Both the position numbers and the translations under genes were made by a program. A stretch of DNA of 64,000 bases from Acidimicrobiaceae bacterium (GTDB lineage: Bacteria > Actinomycetota > Acidimicrobiia > Acidimicrobiales > Aldehydirespiratoraceae): positions 1,929 through 65,928 of the forward strand of contig JAPOUM010000032.1 of the NCBI GenBank assembly GCA_026708645.1. Direction: 5' to 3'. This document shows, in pieces, positions 1 through 7,212 of the stretch. The notes under the pieces are model-generated. The model worked only from the letters and a program-made list of their open reading frames with translations. It did not search any database and was not told where the DNA came from. Numbering within the stretch: position 1 is the first letter of the stretch; the number at the start of each line of letters is the position of its first letter.

Positions 1-591
1 GACGACGAGTATGAACCGCCGAACAACCACCACTATTCTGAACTGCACGGAGGTCAAATGATCTGCCGAGCAATGCGTCCCAGCGTAGCTGATGTTTTCG
101 GCCCGACCAAGACCCAGTATTCACAACTGACCGACGCTGAACGCCGTGAGTACGCGCAGGCTCTGAACACGCGTCAGGTTTTTGTGCCTCCAAGCGGTGT
201 GATCATCGAATGGGACAAAGAGACCTATGAAGTCGGTGAAACAGCCACGCTCAGGTTGCGCACCAGACTCGGCGAGAGGATGTGCGGCATTGAGTTCTTC
301 CAGATCTTCGCTTCGGCACGTCGCCCCGGCAGCAACGCTCGCTGCGATGACTGCGGCCCTTACCCGTTCGAAGACCGATGGGTTCCTGCGAAGATCGACC
401 AGGGTGACACCAGCAGTCAATACCGGTTCACTCTCACACACCCCGGCACCATCACATTCCAGCTCCACACAGGCGGACACTCCGAAATGAGGATATACCT
501 CGGCGGTTCACAAACCCCGCTACCCAGCCCCACCCCAGACACCAGCAGCTGGGGACCCCCGATGCGAGCCAGCGTCGTAGAAGCGTCATAA
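1..591 (+). CDS. hypothetical protein, N-terminus outside the window
   Basis: The frame is open from nt 1 (DDEYEPPNNHHYSELHGG...) to the stop at 589-591. The listed ORF 58..591 is only the part after an ATG. No family recognised. Pro/Ser/Thr-rich C-terminal tail. Confidence 0.45.
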   Translation, partial: DDEYEPPNNHHYSELHGGQMICRAMRPSVADVFGPTKTQYSQLTDAERREYAQALNTRQVFVPPSGVIIEWDKETYEVGETATLRLRTRLGERMCGIEFFQIFASARRPGSNARCDDCGPYPFEDRWVPAKIDQGDTSSQYRFTLTHPGTITFQLHTGGHSEMRIYLGGSQTPLPSPTPDTSSWGPPMRASVVEAS

Positions 592-617
592 CAACAAAGA
601 ACGTCATAACAACAAAG
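584..617. repeat. tandem direct repeat, cgtcataacaacaaag x2 (period 18)
   Basis: Copies read directly at 584-599 and 602-617. They span the stop codon of the first CDS in the gap between convergent genes. Confidence 0.85.
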
Positions 618-639
618 GATGCCGACTCGGCTTCGGCTG

Positions 640-999
640 TCAGCAGGGGGTGACCGCAGCGGCGGCTCGGGCTCTGAGACCTGCTCCGAGGACTGCGTCG
701 TAGGCGACGACCCGATCTGAGGTCACCGGGGTCAAGGCCTTCCACAGCAGCGGCGACCAAGCGACCTGCGCCGACACCACCAGCCCGTCGTCTTGCGCTG
801 CGCACACCGTCACGCCCTCGGTCTCGGGCGGCGCGCAACCGGCTGCGGATATGCAGCTGCTCACAAAGTGGGTCGCGGCGTGCTCGGCTCGTATCTCGGC
901 CAGGTCGCCGGCGGCTGCGTGGGCAGCGTGATCGCGCAACGAGACGGTCATCGCAGTGATCATCGACGCCAGCATCAAGACCAGCACTGGAACGCTCAT
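640..999 (-). CDS. TadE-like pseudopilin (helicase/secretion-neighbourhood TadE-like type)
   Basis: ORF 640..1164 trimmed to the ATG at 999, which has GGAG about 6 nt upstream. The N-terminal hydrophobic segment MSVPVLVLMLASMITAMTV followed by RDHAAHAAAGDLAEIRA resembles Rv3654c/Rv3655c-type proteins. Last gene of the Tad operon. Confidence 0.55.
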   Translation of the reverse strand: MSVPVLVLMLASMITAMTVSLRDHAAHAAAGDLAEIRAEHAATHFVSSCISAAGCAPPETEGVTVCAAQDDGLVVSAQVAWSPLLWKALTPVTSDRVVAYDAVLGAGLRARAAAAVTPC

Positions 1000-1125
1000 C
1001 ACAGCTCCGTTTCGTAGCTGTGCGAGCAGCCTCGGAAGCTGAAACGCGCTAACAGATGGAGTTCCTGCCTCTTTTGCGACAAGGAGTGGCTGCACGCACT
1101 GCGATACGACCACGGAGTGCAGGCA

Positions 1126-1224
1126 GACGCTGTCGAGCGGCCGCGTTGCTGCTGCCGAGGCCACCTTCGACGCGCGGGGGACGGCGGCGGATGGACGGAC
1201 GCTGTCGAGCGGCCGCGTTGCTGC
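1126..1224. repeat. 27-nt direct repeat x2 (gacgctgtcgagcggccgcgttgctgc), period 72
   Basis: Exact copies at 1126-1152 and 1198-1224, between two TadE-like genes. Confidence 0.85.
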
Positions 1225-1296
1225 GAGTCGTGGTGACGCGAACCGGGATGCGTGCGGTCGCTGCAGCTGGAGCGTGTATGCGCGGTCATTCTCTGC

Positions 1297-1701
1297 TCAC
1301 TTCTTGGGCGGGCATGGAACTCGATGATGCGCCGACACAGCCGGGCGGGTCTGTGCGTAGCCGATCACGCATACCTGTATGTCGGCGAAGGGCCCCGGCG
1401 CCTCGCACACCACGGTGACCGCGGCCGAGCGGCTCGAAGCTGGCGCGCCGCCTGCGGCGACAGTGCTGGAGCTGGAGTTGGTGTTGACGCACGAGTCCAG
1501 CGTGGCGCCCACAGCGATTCGGTCGGCTACGCCGGATGCGACGGCTGTGTCGGCTGCACCGGAAGCTGCTGCCTGTGCGGCCAGTTCGGAAGCCACGGCA
1601 ACTCGGGCTTGACCGTTCGCCACGCCGCCGGTCAGTGACACCCCCCACAGCGACATCGCTATCACTGGGATGGCTATCGCCAGAGCTACCGGCTCATCCA
1701 T
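1297..1701 (-). CDS. TadE-like pilus assembly protein
   Basis: N-terminus MDEPVALAIAIPVIAMSLWGV (acidic residue plus a hydrophobic helix, as in TadE/TadG-like pseudopilins). Sits in the Tad operon. Confidence 0.55.
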   Translation of the reverse strand: MDEPVALAIAIPVIAMSLWGVSLTGGVANGQARVAVASELAAQAAASGAADTAVASGVADRIAVGATLDSCVNTNSSSSTVAAGGAPASSRSAAVTVVCEAPGPFADIQVCVIGYAQTRPAVSAHHRVPCPPKK

Positions 1702-1890
1702 GGCGACAGCCCGACGCAGTCTGCGCTAAGTCGTCATCGGAATAAGTCATCGCAAGGCCCACCGCCTCATCCATGGCGACAGCCCTGCACAAGTTCCTCG
1801 GCGCGGACGTGTCAGCTACACCTGCTGGTAGGCGCTGGCGACTACCGCGACAGCCCTGCATCGGGTTCCTCGGCACGGCCATGTCAGCTG
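1693..1890. repeat. about 72-nt tandem units duplicating the 5' end of, and leader before, the TadE-like gene 1297..1701
   Basis: ctcatccatggcgacagccc occurs at 1693-1712 and 1766-1785. gcgacagccctgca occurs at 1776-1789 and 1847-1860, each time followed by a similar gttcctcggc..gtcagct tail. Confidence 0.7.
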
Positions 1891-1988
1891 TCATGCGGGC
1901 ATCTCCTTGTCGCTGCCGTCGGAGTCCAGCATTGGTTGATGCGGCAAGTCCGGCGGCAATAGGCAGGCAGTCATGTTCTTCGGAGCGG

Positions 1989-2405
1989 CTAGCACGGCGG
2001 CGCCAGCGTCCAGCCTGTGGGGCCGACGGGCCGAGCCGGACGGCAAGCCACGGCGCTCGCTTCCAGCCAGCTGCGCACACCGGCCACGCCCACCGTCACT
2101 GAGGCCAGCACAGTGCATGACGGCTCGGCGAACATCTGATACTGCGTGGCTGTGGCGGCGGAGCGGTCATCGGTGCGTGCCGCCGCGGCGACGGCGCCGG
2201 CCTGCACCGCATCGGGCCAGGCGGCGTGCTGGTCGCTGCAGTTCCAGTCACTGTGTTCGAGCACCTGCACGGCGGCGTTGGCTGCAGCCACGGCCGCGGC
2301 GGACGCGGTGGCTTTCGCCACTTGGTGAAGGTAGACGCCGAAGCTGATCGACACAGCCAAAAAGATCATCGCAGTGGTGTGCAGCGCGGCGTAGACGGTG
2401 TCCAT
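1989..2405 (-). CDS. TadE-like pilus assembly protein
   Basis: N-terminal hydrophobic helix TTAMIFLAVSISFGVYL. Position directly downstream of the pilin-slot gene in the Tad operon. Confidence 0.5.
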   Translation of the reverse strand: MDTVYAALHTTAMIFLAVSISFGVYLHQVAKATASAAAVAAANAAVQVLEHSDWNCSDQHAAWPDAVQAGAVAAAARTDDRSAATATQYQMFAEPSCTVLASVTVGVAGVRSWLEASAVACRPARPVGPTGWTLAPPC

Positions 2406-2563
2406 TGCTCTCCTGTTCGCTCAGCGACGAGAATCAGTCCAGCGGCCGCAGCCACGGCAACGCATGAACAGCTACGAACCTGTGCCGCTGTGTTGCGGAG
2501 TTGCGGGCGGGCTGGGCTGTCCTGTGGGCGAAGGCGGCAACACAGGAGACGACGCGAGATCGG

Positions 2564-2761
2564 CTACGAACATTTGCCGCCGCTCCAGCTGCCGCCGACC
2601 GCCTCGCAGAGCGCCTGATGCTTGATCTGTGTTTTGTCGGTGACTTTGCCGTTGGGATCGGGGGTGTTGGCGCCCACGATGTTCCAAGTGGCGAGCACCA
2701 CCGCAGCGGTGATCGCAATGGTCGCAGCCAGCATGATGATCTTGGCAACGGGTGATTCCAT
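2564..2761 (-). CDS. 65-aa single-TM protein occupying the pilin slot of the Tad locus (non-canonical)
   Basis: Last 65 codons of ORF 2564..3340, starting at the ATG at 2761: MESPVAKIIMLAATIAITAAVVLATWNIVG..CEAVGGSWSGGKCS. It lies between tadC and the tadE-like genes. No G/XXXXEY prepilin motif is visible. Confidence 0.45.
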   Translation of the reverse strand: MESPVAKIIMLAATIAITAAVVLATWNIVGANTPDPNGKVTDKTQIKHQALCEAVGGSWSGGKCS

Positions 2762-2780
2762 GACACGCTTCTTTCTGTTT

Positions 2781-2870
2781 GGGTCGGGTATTGGGGACGA
2801 AAGGCGATTGACGAATGGGGGATTGGGGATTAAGGGCGAAATCGGGGATTGGGGACGAAAGGGGATCGGG
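2781..2870. repeat. G-tract array (10 runs of G3-G5) with repeated GGGGATTGGGGA and ATTGGGGACGAAAGG units
   Basis: Read directly on the + strand. The minus-strand transcript is C-rich (CCCCAATCCCC). Located in the tadC to pilin-slot intergenic region. Confidence 0.8.
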
Positions 2871-2931
2871 ATCCGACGGTGAGATGCGGGGCAGGTAACG
2901 GAAGGTTCCGATTGATGCGAATGTTCGCCGC

Positions 2932-3660
2932 TCACACGCCGAGGTCGATGCCGGCCAGCAGCGCCAGCACCACCACCGCACCGGCGACGATGGACGCGAC
3001 AGTGCAGGTGCCGGCGACCGCTCGGCCCAGGGCTTCGATGCGCACTCGACGAGCGTCTTCGAGCGCTTTCACCGCCCCGGAGACCAACCGATCCACCAGA
3101 CCGGCAGCTGCTGCGCCGCCCCGCTCGGCGGCGGCGAGTGTGCCTATCAGAGTCTCGGCCTCGGAACCGGCGAAATGCTGCGAGACGGCGCTGAGCGGGT
3201 CGCTGCCTGAGGCCAGAGCCAGGTTGATGCTGCTGGCAGCAGGCGCGAAGGCGGGCGCCTCCACCAGTTCGGCCGCTTCGACTGCGGCGTCGTTGATGGG
3301 ACGGCCCGCAGCGGTGTAGAGCCTGATCCGCCGCAGCCATTCCAGCAAAGCGGCGTCGCGACGCACCCGGTAGCCCGAGATCACCAGAGTGCTCAAAAGC
3401 AGCGGCATCACAGCAGGCGCCCAGAAGCCGACGGTCAGCGCAGCCAGGACACCGCTGCGGTAGCCGGCGAGCAGCGTCACAGAAGCCAGAACCAGGATCA
3501 CAGCGAACGTCGATGACATCATTGAGGCTGCGCGCAGCCGTTGTGGCGGCCAGCCCGCGGCGCTGAGTTCTGCAGTGCTGCCAGTGACGCGGACGGGCCT
3601 GACGCCCAGCACCAGTCTGAGAGCGGCGGCGGCGCCAGAAGCCGCGAAGAGCCAGATCAT
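2932..3660 (-). CDS. tadC: type II secretion system F-family protein, TadC-like
   Basis: ORF 2932..3777 trimmed to the ATG at 3660, which overlaps the tadB stop as ATGA (3657-3660). Multi-pass membrane protein. Gene order is tadA-tadB-tadC. Confidence 0.65.
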   Translation of the reverse strand: MIWLFAASGAAAALRLVLGVRPVRVTGSTAELSAAGWPPQRLRAASMMSSTFAVILVLASVTLLAGYRSGVLAALTVGFWAPAVMPLLLSTLVISGYRVRRDAALLEWLRRIRLYTAAGRPINDAAVEAAELVEAPAFAPAASSINLALASGSDPLSAVSQHFAGSEAETLIGTLAAAERGGAAAAGLVDRLVSGAVKALEDARRVRIEALGRAVAGTCTVASIVAGAVVVLALLAGIDLGV

Positions 3661-4472
3661 GGCAAACCTCCGTAGCGTGCAGCCGCTCGCGCCGGCAACA
3701 GCACTCGAGCGCTCATCGCTGCGATCACAACAGCAGCAGCCAGCAGCAGCGCGCCACCCTGAGTGCCGGCTAGCCATGAGCCCACGTCGCTGGCGACCAG
3801 GCTGGTTCCAGCCACCAAGCCTGCGGATAGCAGCACTACCAGCGTCAGGGTGGGCATGGCCATGGCCACACGGCCATGGAACAGTCGAGCGGTTTCTGCC
3901 GTCTGCGAGGCTTCGGCTTCCAGCACGGTCACGGTCTCGGTCCAGCGCCCGCCGCCTGCCGCTGAAATAGCGATCAGATCAGCCAGTGAGGCAGCCACGG
4001 CAGAAGGCACCCGGGCAGCGAAGCGTTGAGCGGCGACGTCGACGCCGACGTTTTCGCAGTCCGACGCCAAGGCTGTCGCAGCCTCCCCCACGGGCCCGCT
4101 GACCAGCGGAGCGGCTCGGCTCACCGCGTCGGCCACAGTGACCGCCACCGAGGCTTGGTTGCTGAGAACGCCGGCGAAGCGGGCCACTCCTTCGGTTATG
4201 CGGACTCGCCGGCTCGAGAAGATCAGCACCTTGATCGACGAGGTGCACACCACGGCGCATATCGCCCCAGCACCGGCGTGGCCCAAAGCGAGGCCCGCCG
4301 CGAGCATGGTCGCCCCGGCGACGACAGCTACCGGGATTTCAGCAGGAAGCGACACGGTTGAACTGAGGCGCGTGTTGGCACGCAGCGACAAGCGGGTCCC
4401 GCCTGCTGGCCACAACAAGATGGTCAGCATTGCTGCACCGCCTGCGGTGATGATCACGCCCGCAGGGGTCAC
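3657..4472 (-). CDS. tadB: type II secretion system F-family protein, TadB-like
   Basis: Run-on ORF 3657..4922 trimmed to the GTG at 4472, which overlaps the tadA stop as GTGA (alternative ATG at 4430). Hydrophobic termini with a central soluble region. Confidence 0.65.
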   Translation of the reverse strand: MTPAGVIITAGGAAMLTILLWPAGGTRLSLRANTRLSSTVSLPAEIPVAVVAGATMLAAGLALGHAGAGAICAVVCTSSIKVLIFSSRRVRITEGVARFAGVLSNQASVAVTVADAVSRAAPLVSGPVGEAATALASDCENVGVDVAAQRFAARVPSAVAASLADLIAISAAGGGRWTETVTVLEAEASQTAETARLFHGRVAMAMPTLTLVVLLSAGLVAGTSLVASDVGSWLAGTQGGALLLAAAVVIAAMSARVLLPARAAARYGGLP

Positions 4473-6271
4473 AGCGGCTTGCTTCCGTTGCGTCTCGAAG
4501 CTTCGGCGCCGCCTGCAACGCCTGAAGTGCTGCCGACCAGTTCCAGCGCGGGCCGCTGCCTCGGGGCTTCGGGTGCCTCTGAAGCAGCCTCGACCCCTGA
4601 GCGGGCTGCCGCAGGCAGATCCGGTAATCCGGGATCGGGGACAGGCGCCAAGCCGGGGCCTGCCTCGGGTGCAGGTGTGAGTTCGTCCGGCGGAGCAGCG
4701 ATTTCGGGCGCGGATTCCGGCAGATGTGTATGGACGGCGACACCAGCAGATCGATAGACCTCGGCCATGCGCTCCACCGGGTGGTTGACAGCAGCAGCCC
4801 AACGCTCGCCCGGCTGCAGCCGCCACAAGCAGCGTGTCAGGATCGCTCCGCTCTTGTCGGTGCCGATGATCTGGGTCACGTCGGCGATGACACGCTCGCC
4901 GTCGTTGTTGCGACCCATCCACACCAAGAGATGCACTGCCACAGCTATCGATCTCCGGGCCAGCCCCTCATCCGCGCCCTCTGAAGTGGCGTAACCGGTG
5001 AGCTTCTCCATCACTGCGTCACCCGGCGGAGAGTGCAGGGTGACGATGCAGCCGTCGAGCCCCGACGACATGGCGTCGAGCAGCGCCATGGTGCCTTCGC
5101 CCCTGACTTCGCCTACCACCAGCTTGGAGCTGTTGGCCCTCTTGGCGTCGCGCACGTGATCAGCCATCGAGTGCTTGCCGACTCCGTCGTTGTTGGCGTC
5201 ACGAGTGAGCCGCTCATAAGCATTGGGATGGATGCCGTATTCGCGCAGCCGCAGTTCGGGAGTGTCCTCGATGGTGTCGATGCGCTCGGTGCCCGGCACT
5301 CGCGCCAGAAGAGCTTGACAAAGGGTGGTCTTGCCTCCGCCCATGGCTGCGGCGATCACCACATTGGCTCTGACGGCGCCGGCCACCGATTCCACCAGAA
5401 TGTCGGCGAGCTGCTGCTCGCAGAGGCCGAGTTCGGCGATGCTGTGGCGGCCTCCCATGTTGCTTCGCAGTACCAGCGTCGGCGGCGAGCACACGAAAGC
5501 TTCGGCGTGCAGCCTCCAGCGGTCGCCGATGCGAGTGTCGAGACGAGGGTCCAGCTCGTCGAATCGCTGCGGCCGTTCGCCGGAGTAGGCAGCCAGGAAA
5601 CGGCACGCCCCGATCAGCTCGTCGTCGCTTGCGAAAGGAGACGGGCGGCTCTCCCGGACGCCGTTGGAGAATTCCACCACCATCGACTCGCCGCCTCGGA
5701 TCTGGAACTCCTCGACGTCTTGTTCGTCGAGCAGTTGACGCAGACGTCGAGCGGCTGCTGCCGAAGCCGACTCTCGCCGCACGACGCGATCAGCGCTGTC
5801 CATGCGCTGAGGGGCGGCCGCAAGGGAACCCAGCGAGCGGCCCAAGCGTCGCATGGCACGCTCTGAGCGTCGTGAGGGGGCGAACGGCACCGCTCGCGTC
5901 ACTTGCGCGCCGGCCATCATGCGCAACTCGCCGGTGTTGACCGGATGATCCGAGACGACCACCAGCGCCAGCTTCACGTCTGCTGCCGACTTGGTGTGCA
6001 AATTCAAGCGTTCTCGCAGGCCGCAGCCCGAACCGCAGGTCACCCAGACGACACCGGCAGCGGCGGCTGCGGAGTTGAGCACGCTGTCGCCGGCGGATTC
6101 GTCGACTGTGACGACCGTCGCCCGATGAGCGGCAGCTGCCAGGGTCGGGTCGGCCAGTGAATCGCCCACCGCCACATCGGCGATCGACGCCCGCACGCCG
6201 TCGATGATCGTGCGCACTATCCAGCCGGCTGTCCGCTGATCCAGCATCCGGTCAGTTGAGATCATCAGCAC
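4469..6271 (-). CDS. tadA: CpaF/TadA-family pilus assembly ATPase with N- and C-terminal extensions
   Basis: Walker A AAMGGGKTT, TIEDTPEL, Walker B KLVVGEVRG and a His-box TLHS. It also has about 150 extra N-terminal residues and a Pro/Ala/Glu-rich C-tail of about 90 aa. Confidence 0.9.
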   Translation of the reverse strand: MLMISTDRMLDQRTAGWIVRTIIDGVRASIADVAVGDSLADPTLAAAAHRATVVTVDESAGDSVLNSAAAAAGVVWVTCGSGCGLRERLNLHTKSAADVKLALVVVSDHPVNTGELRMMAGAQVTRAVPFAPSRRSERAMRRLGRSLGSLAAAPQRMDSADRVVRRESASAAAARRLRQLLDEQDVEEFQIRGGESMVVEFSNGVRESRPSPFASDDELIGACRFLAAYSGERPQRFDELDPRLDTRIGDRWRLHAEAFVCSPPTLVLRSNMGGRHSIAELGLCEQQLADILVESVAGAVRANVVIAAAMGGGKTTLCQALLARVPGTERIDTIEDTPELRLREYGIHPNAYERLTRDANNDGVGKHSMADHVRDAKRANSSKLVVGEVRGEGTMALLDAMSSGLDGCIVTLHSPPGDAVMEKLTGYATSEGADEGLARRSIAVAVHLLVWMGRNNDGERVIADVTQIIGTDKSGAILTRCLWRLQPGERWAAAVNHPVERMAEVYRSAGVAVHTHLPESAPEIAAPPDELTPAPEAGPGLAPVPDPGLPDLPAAARSGVEAASEAPEAPRQRPALELVGSTSGVAGGAEASRRNGSKPL

Positions 6272-6363
6272 TGCCTTGCCTCCATTCTTGATGTTTGTCC
6301 GAGCGACTGTCGGCGCTCATCGGCGGTCCCGCTTCTCGCTGGTCCGCGACATGCGGTCCGGTC

Positions 6364-7188
6364 TCACTCCCAGGCGCCGAGGTCCGTGTCGTTGGTGTCG
6401 TCTTCGTCGCCGGGATCTGTGTCTTGTCGGTTCGCGGCTTGTTGGTCCGTGTCCGTGAGGGCCGGGTCATCTAGGTTCGATTCGTCTCGGTTGTCGAGAT
6501 CAAAGTCCGAGAAGCCAGGGTCGAAATCCGAGAAACCCTGTTCTGTGTCGTCTTCGGCGCCGGAGTCCGTGTCGAGGCCCGAGTCGCTTCGCTCGTCGAA
6601 TTCCACGTCGGGCTGCTCCGGCGGGCATGCCGGCCAGCCAGCCGCAGGCGATTCCCAGATCCACCAGACCAGTGGCCCCAGCACTGCGGCGAGCTGCGGC
6701 TCGGCCTCGACCACCACTGCTTGTTCGCCGGCCAGCACTATGGGAAGCACCGCGACGGCGCAGCCGCCCGGCTGTCTGGCCAGTACCGCGGTGTCGCCGG
6801 CGGAGGGCCCCGGCTCGGGCCACAGGGCCGGGTCCACAGCCACGGCAAGCAGGGCAGCAGACAGCTCCGACGCGGCGGGCACAGCCGACTCGGTCAGCAG
6901 CGACGCCGACACGACCGTCCCGGCCGGCACGGCCACGGCGGGCACCATGCCGGTCATTTGCTCCGGCGTGACGAACAGCGCAGCAGATTCGGCGGGCAGT
7001 TCGACGGTGGTGAAGCTGCCCGGCTCGCGTCCCGCGGGCCAGTCCTCGGCGGCGGCCACGACCGGGACGCTGACCTGCGGCTCGGGACGCCCGAACAGCC
7101 ACAGCGACACTCCCACCATTGCCACCACCAGAGCAGCGGCCGCGAAACGCCGTGCCTGGCCTGTCAGCGATCCAGGGTATGCGAGCAT
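6364..7188 (-). CDS. cpaB: CpaB/RcpC-like (SAF-domain) pilus assembly protein with a poly-acidic C-terminal tail
   Basis: TM helix AAAALVVAMVGVSLWLF, SAF-like stretch VPVVAAAEDWPAGREPGSFTTVELP, and GGAGG 7 nt upstream of the ATG. The tail is rich in D/E/S/T (FSDFDPGFSDFDLD...). Confidence 0.6.
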   Translation of the reverse strand: MLAYPGSLTGQARRFAAAALVVAMVGVSLWLFGRPEPQVSVPVVAAAEDWPAGREPGSFTTVELPAESAALFVTPEQMTGMVPAVAVPAGTVVSASLLTESAVPAASELSAALLAVAVDPALWPEPGPSAGDTAVLARQPGGCAVAVLPIVLAGEQAVVVEAEPQLAAVLGPLVWWIWESPAAGWPACPPEQPDVEFDERSDSGLDTDSGAEDDTEQGFSDFDPGFSDFDLDNRDESNLDDPALTDTDQQAANRQDTDPGDEDDTNDTDLGAWE

Positions 7189-7212
7189 GCATCTGCCTCC
7201 TTGTTCGGGTGC

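Noticed and set aside
2564-3340. The 258-aa ORF 2564..3340(-) taken as a single gene.
   Set aside because: Its upstream two-thirds overlap tadC in another frame and read as Arg-rich nonsense. Only the last 65 codons, from the ATG at 2761, look like a real TM protein.
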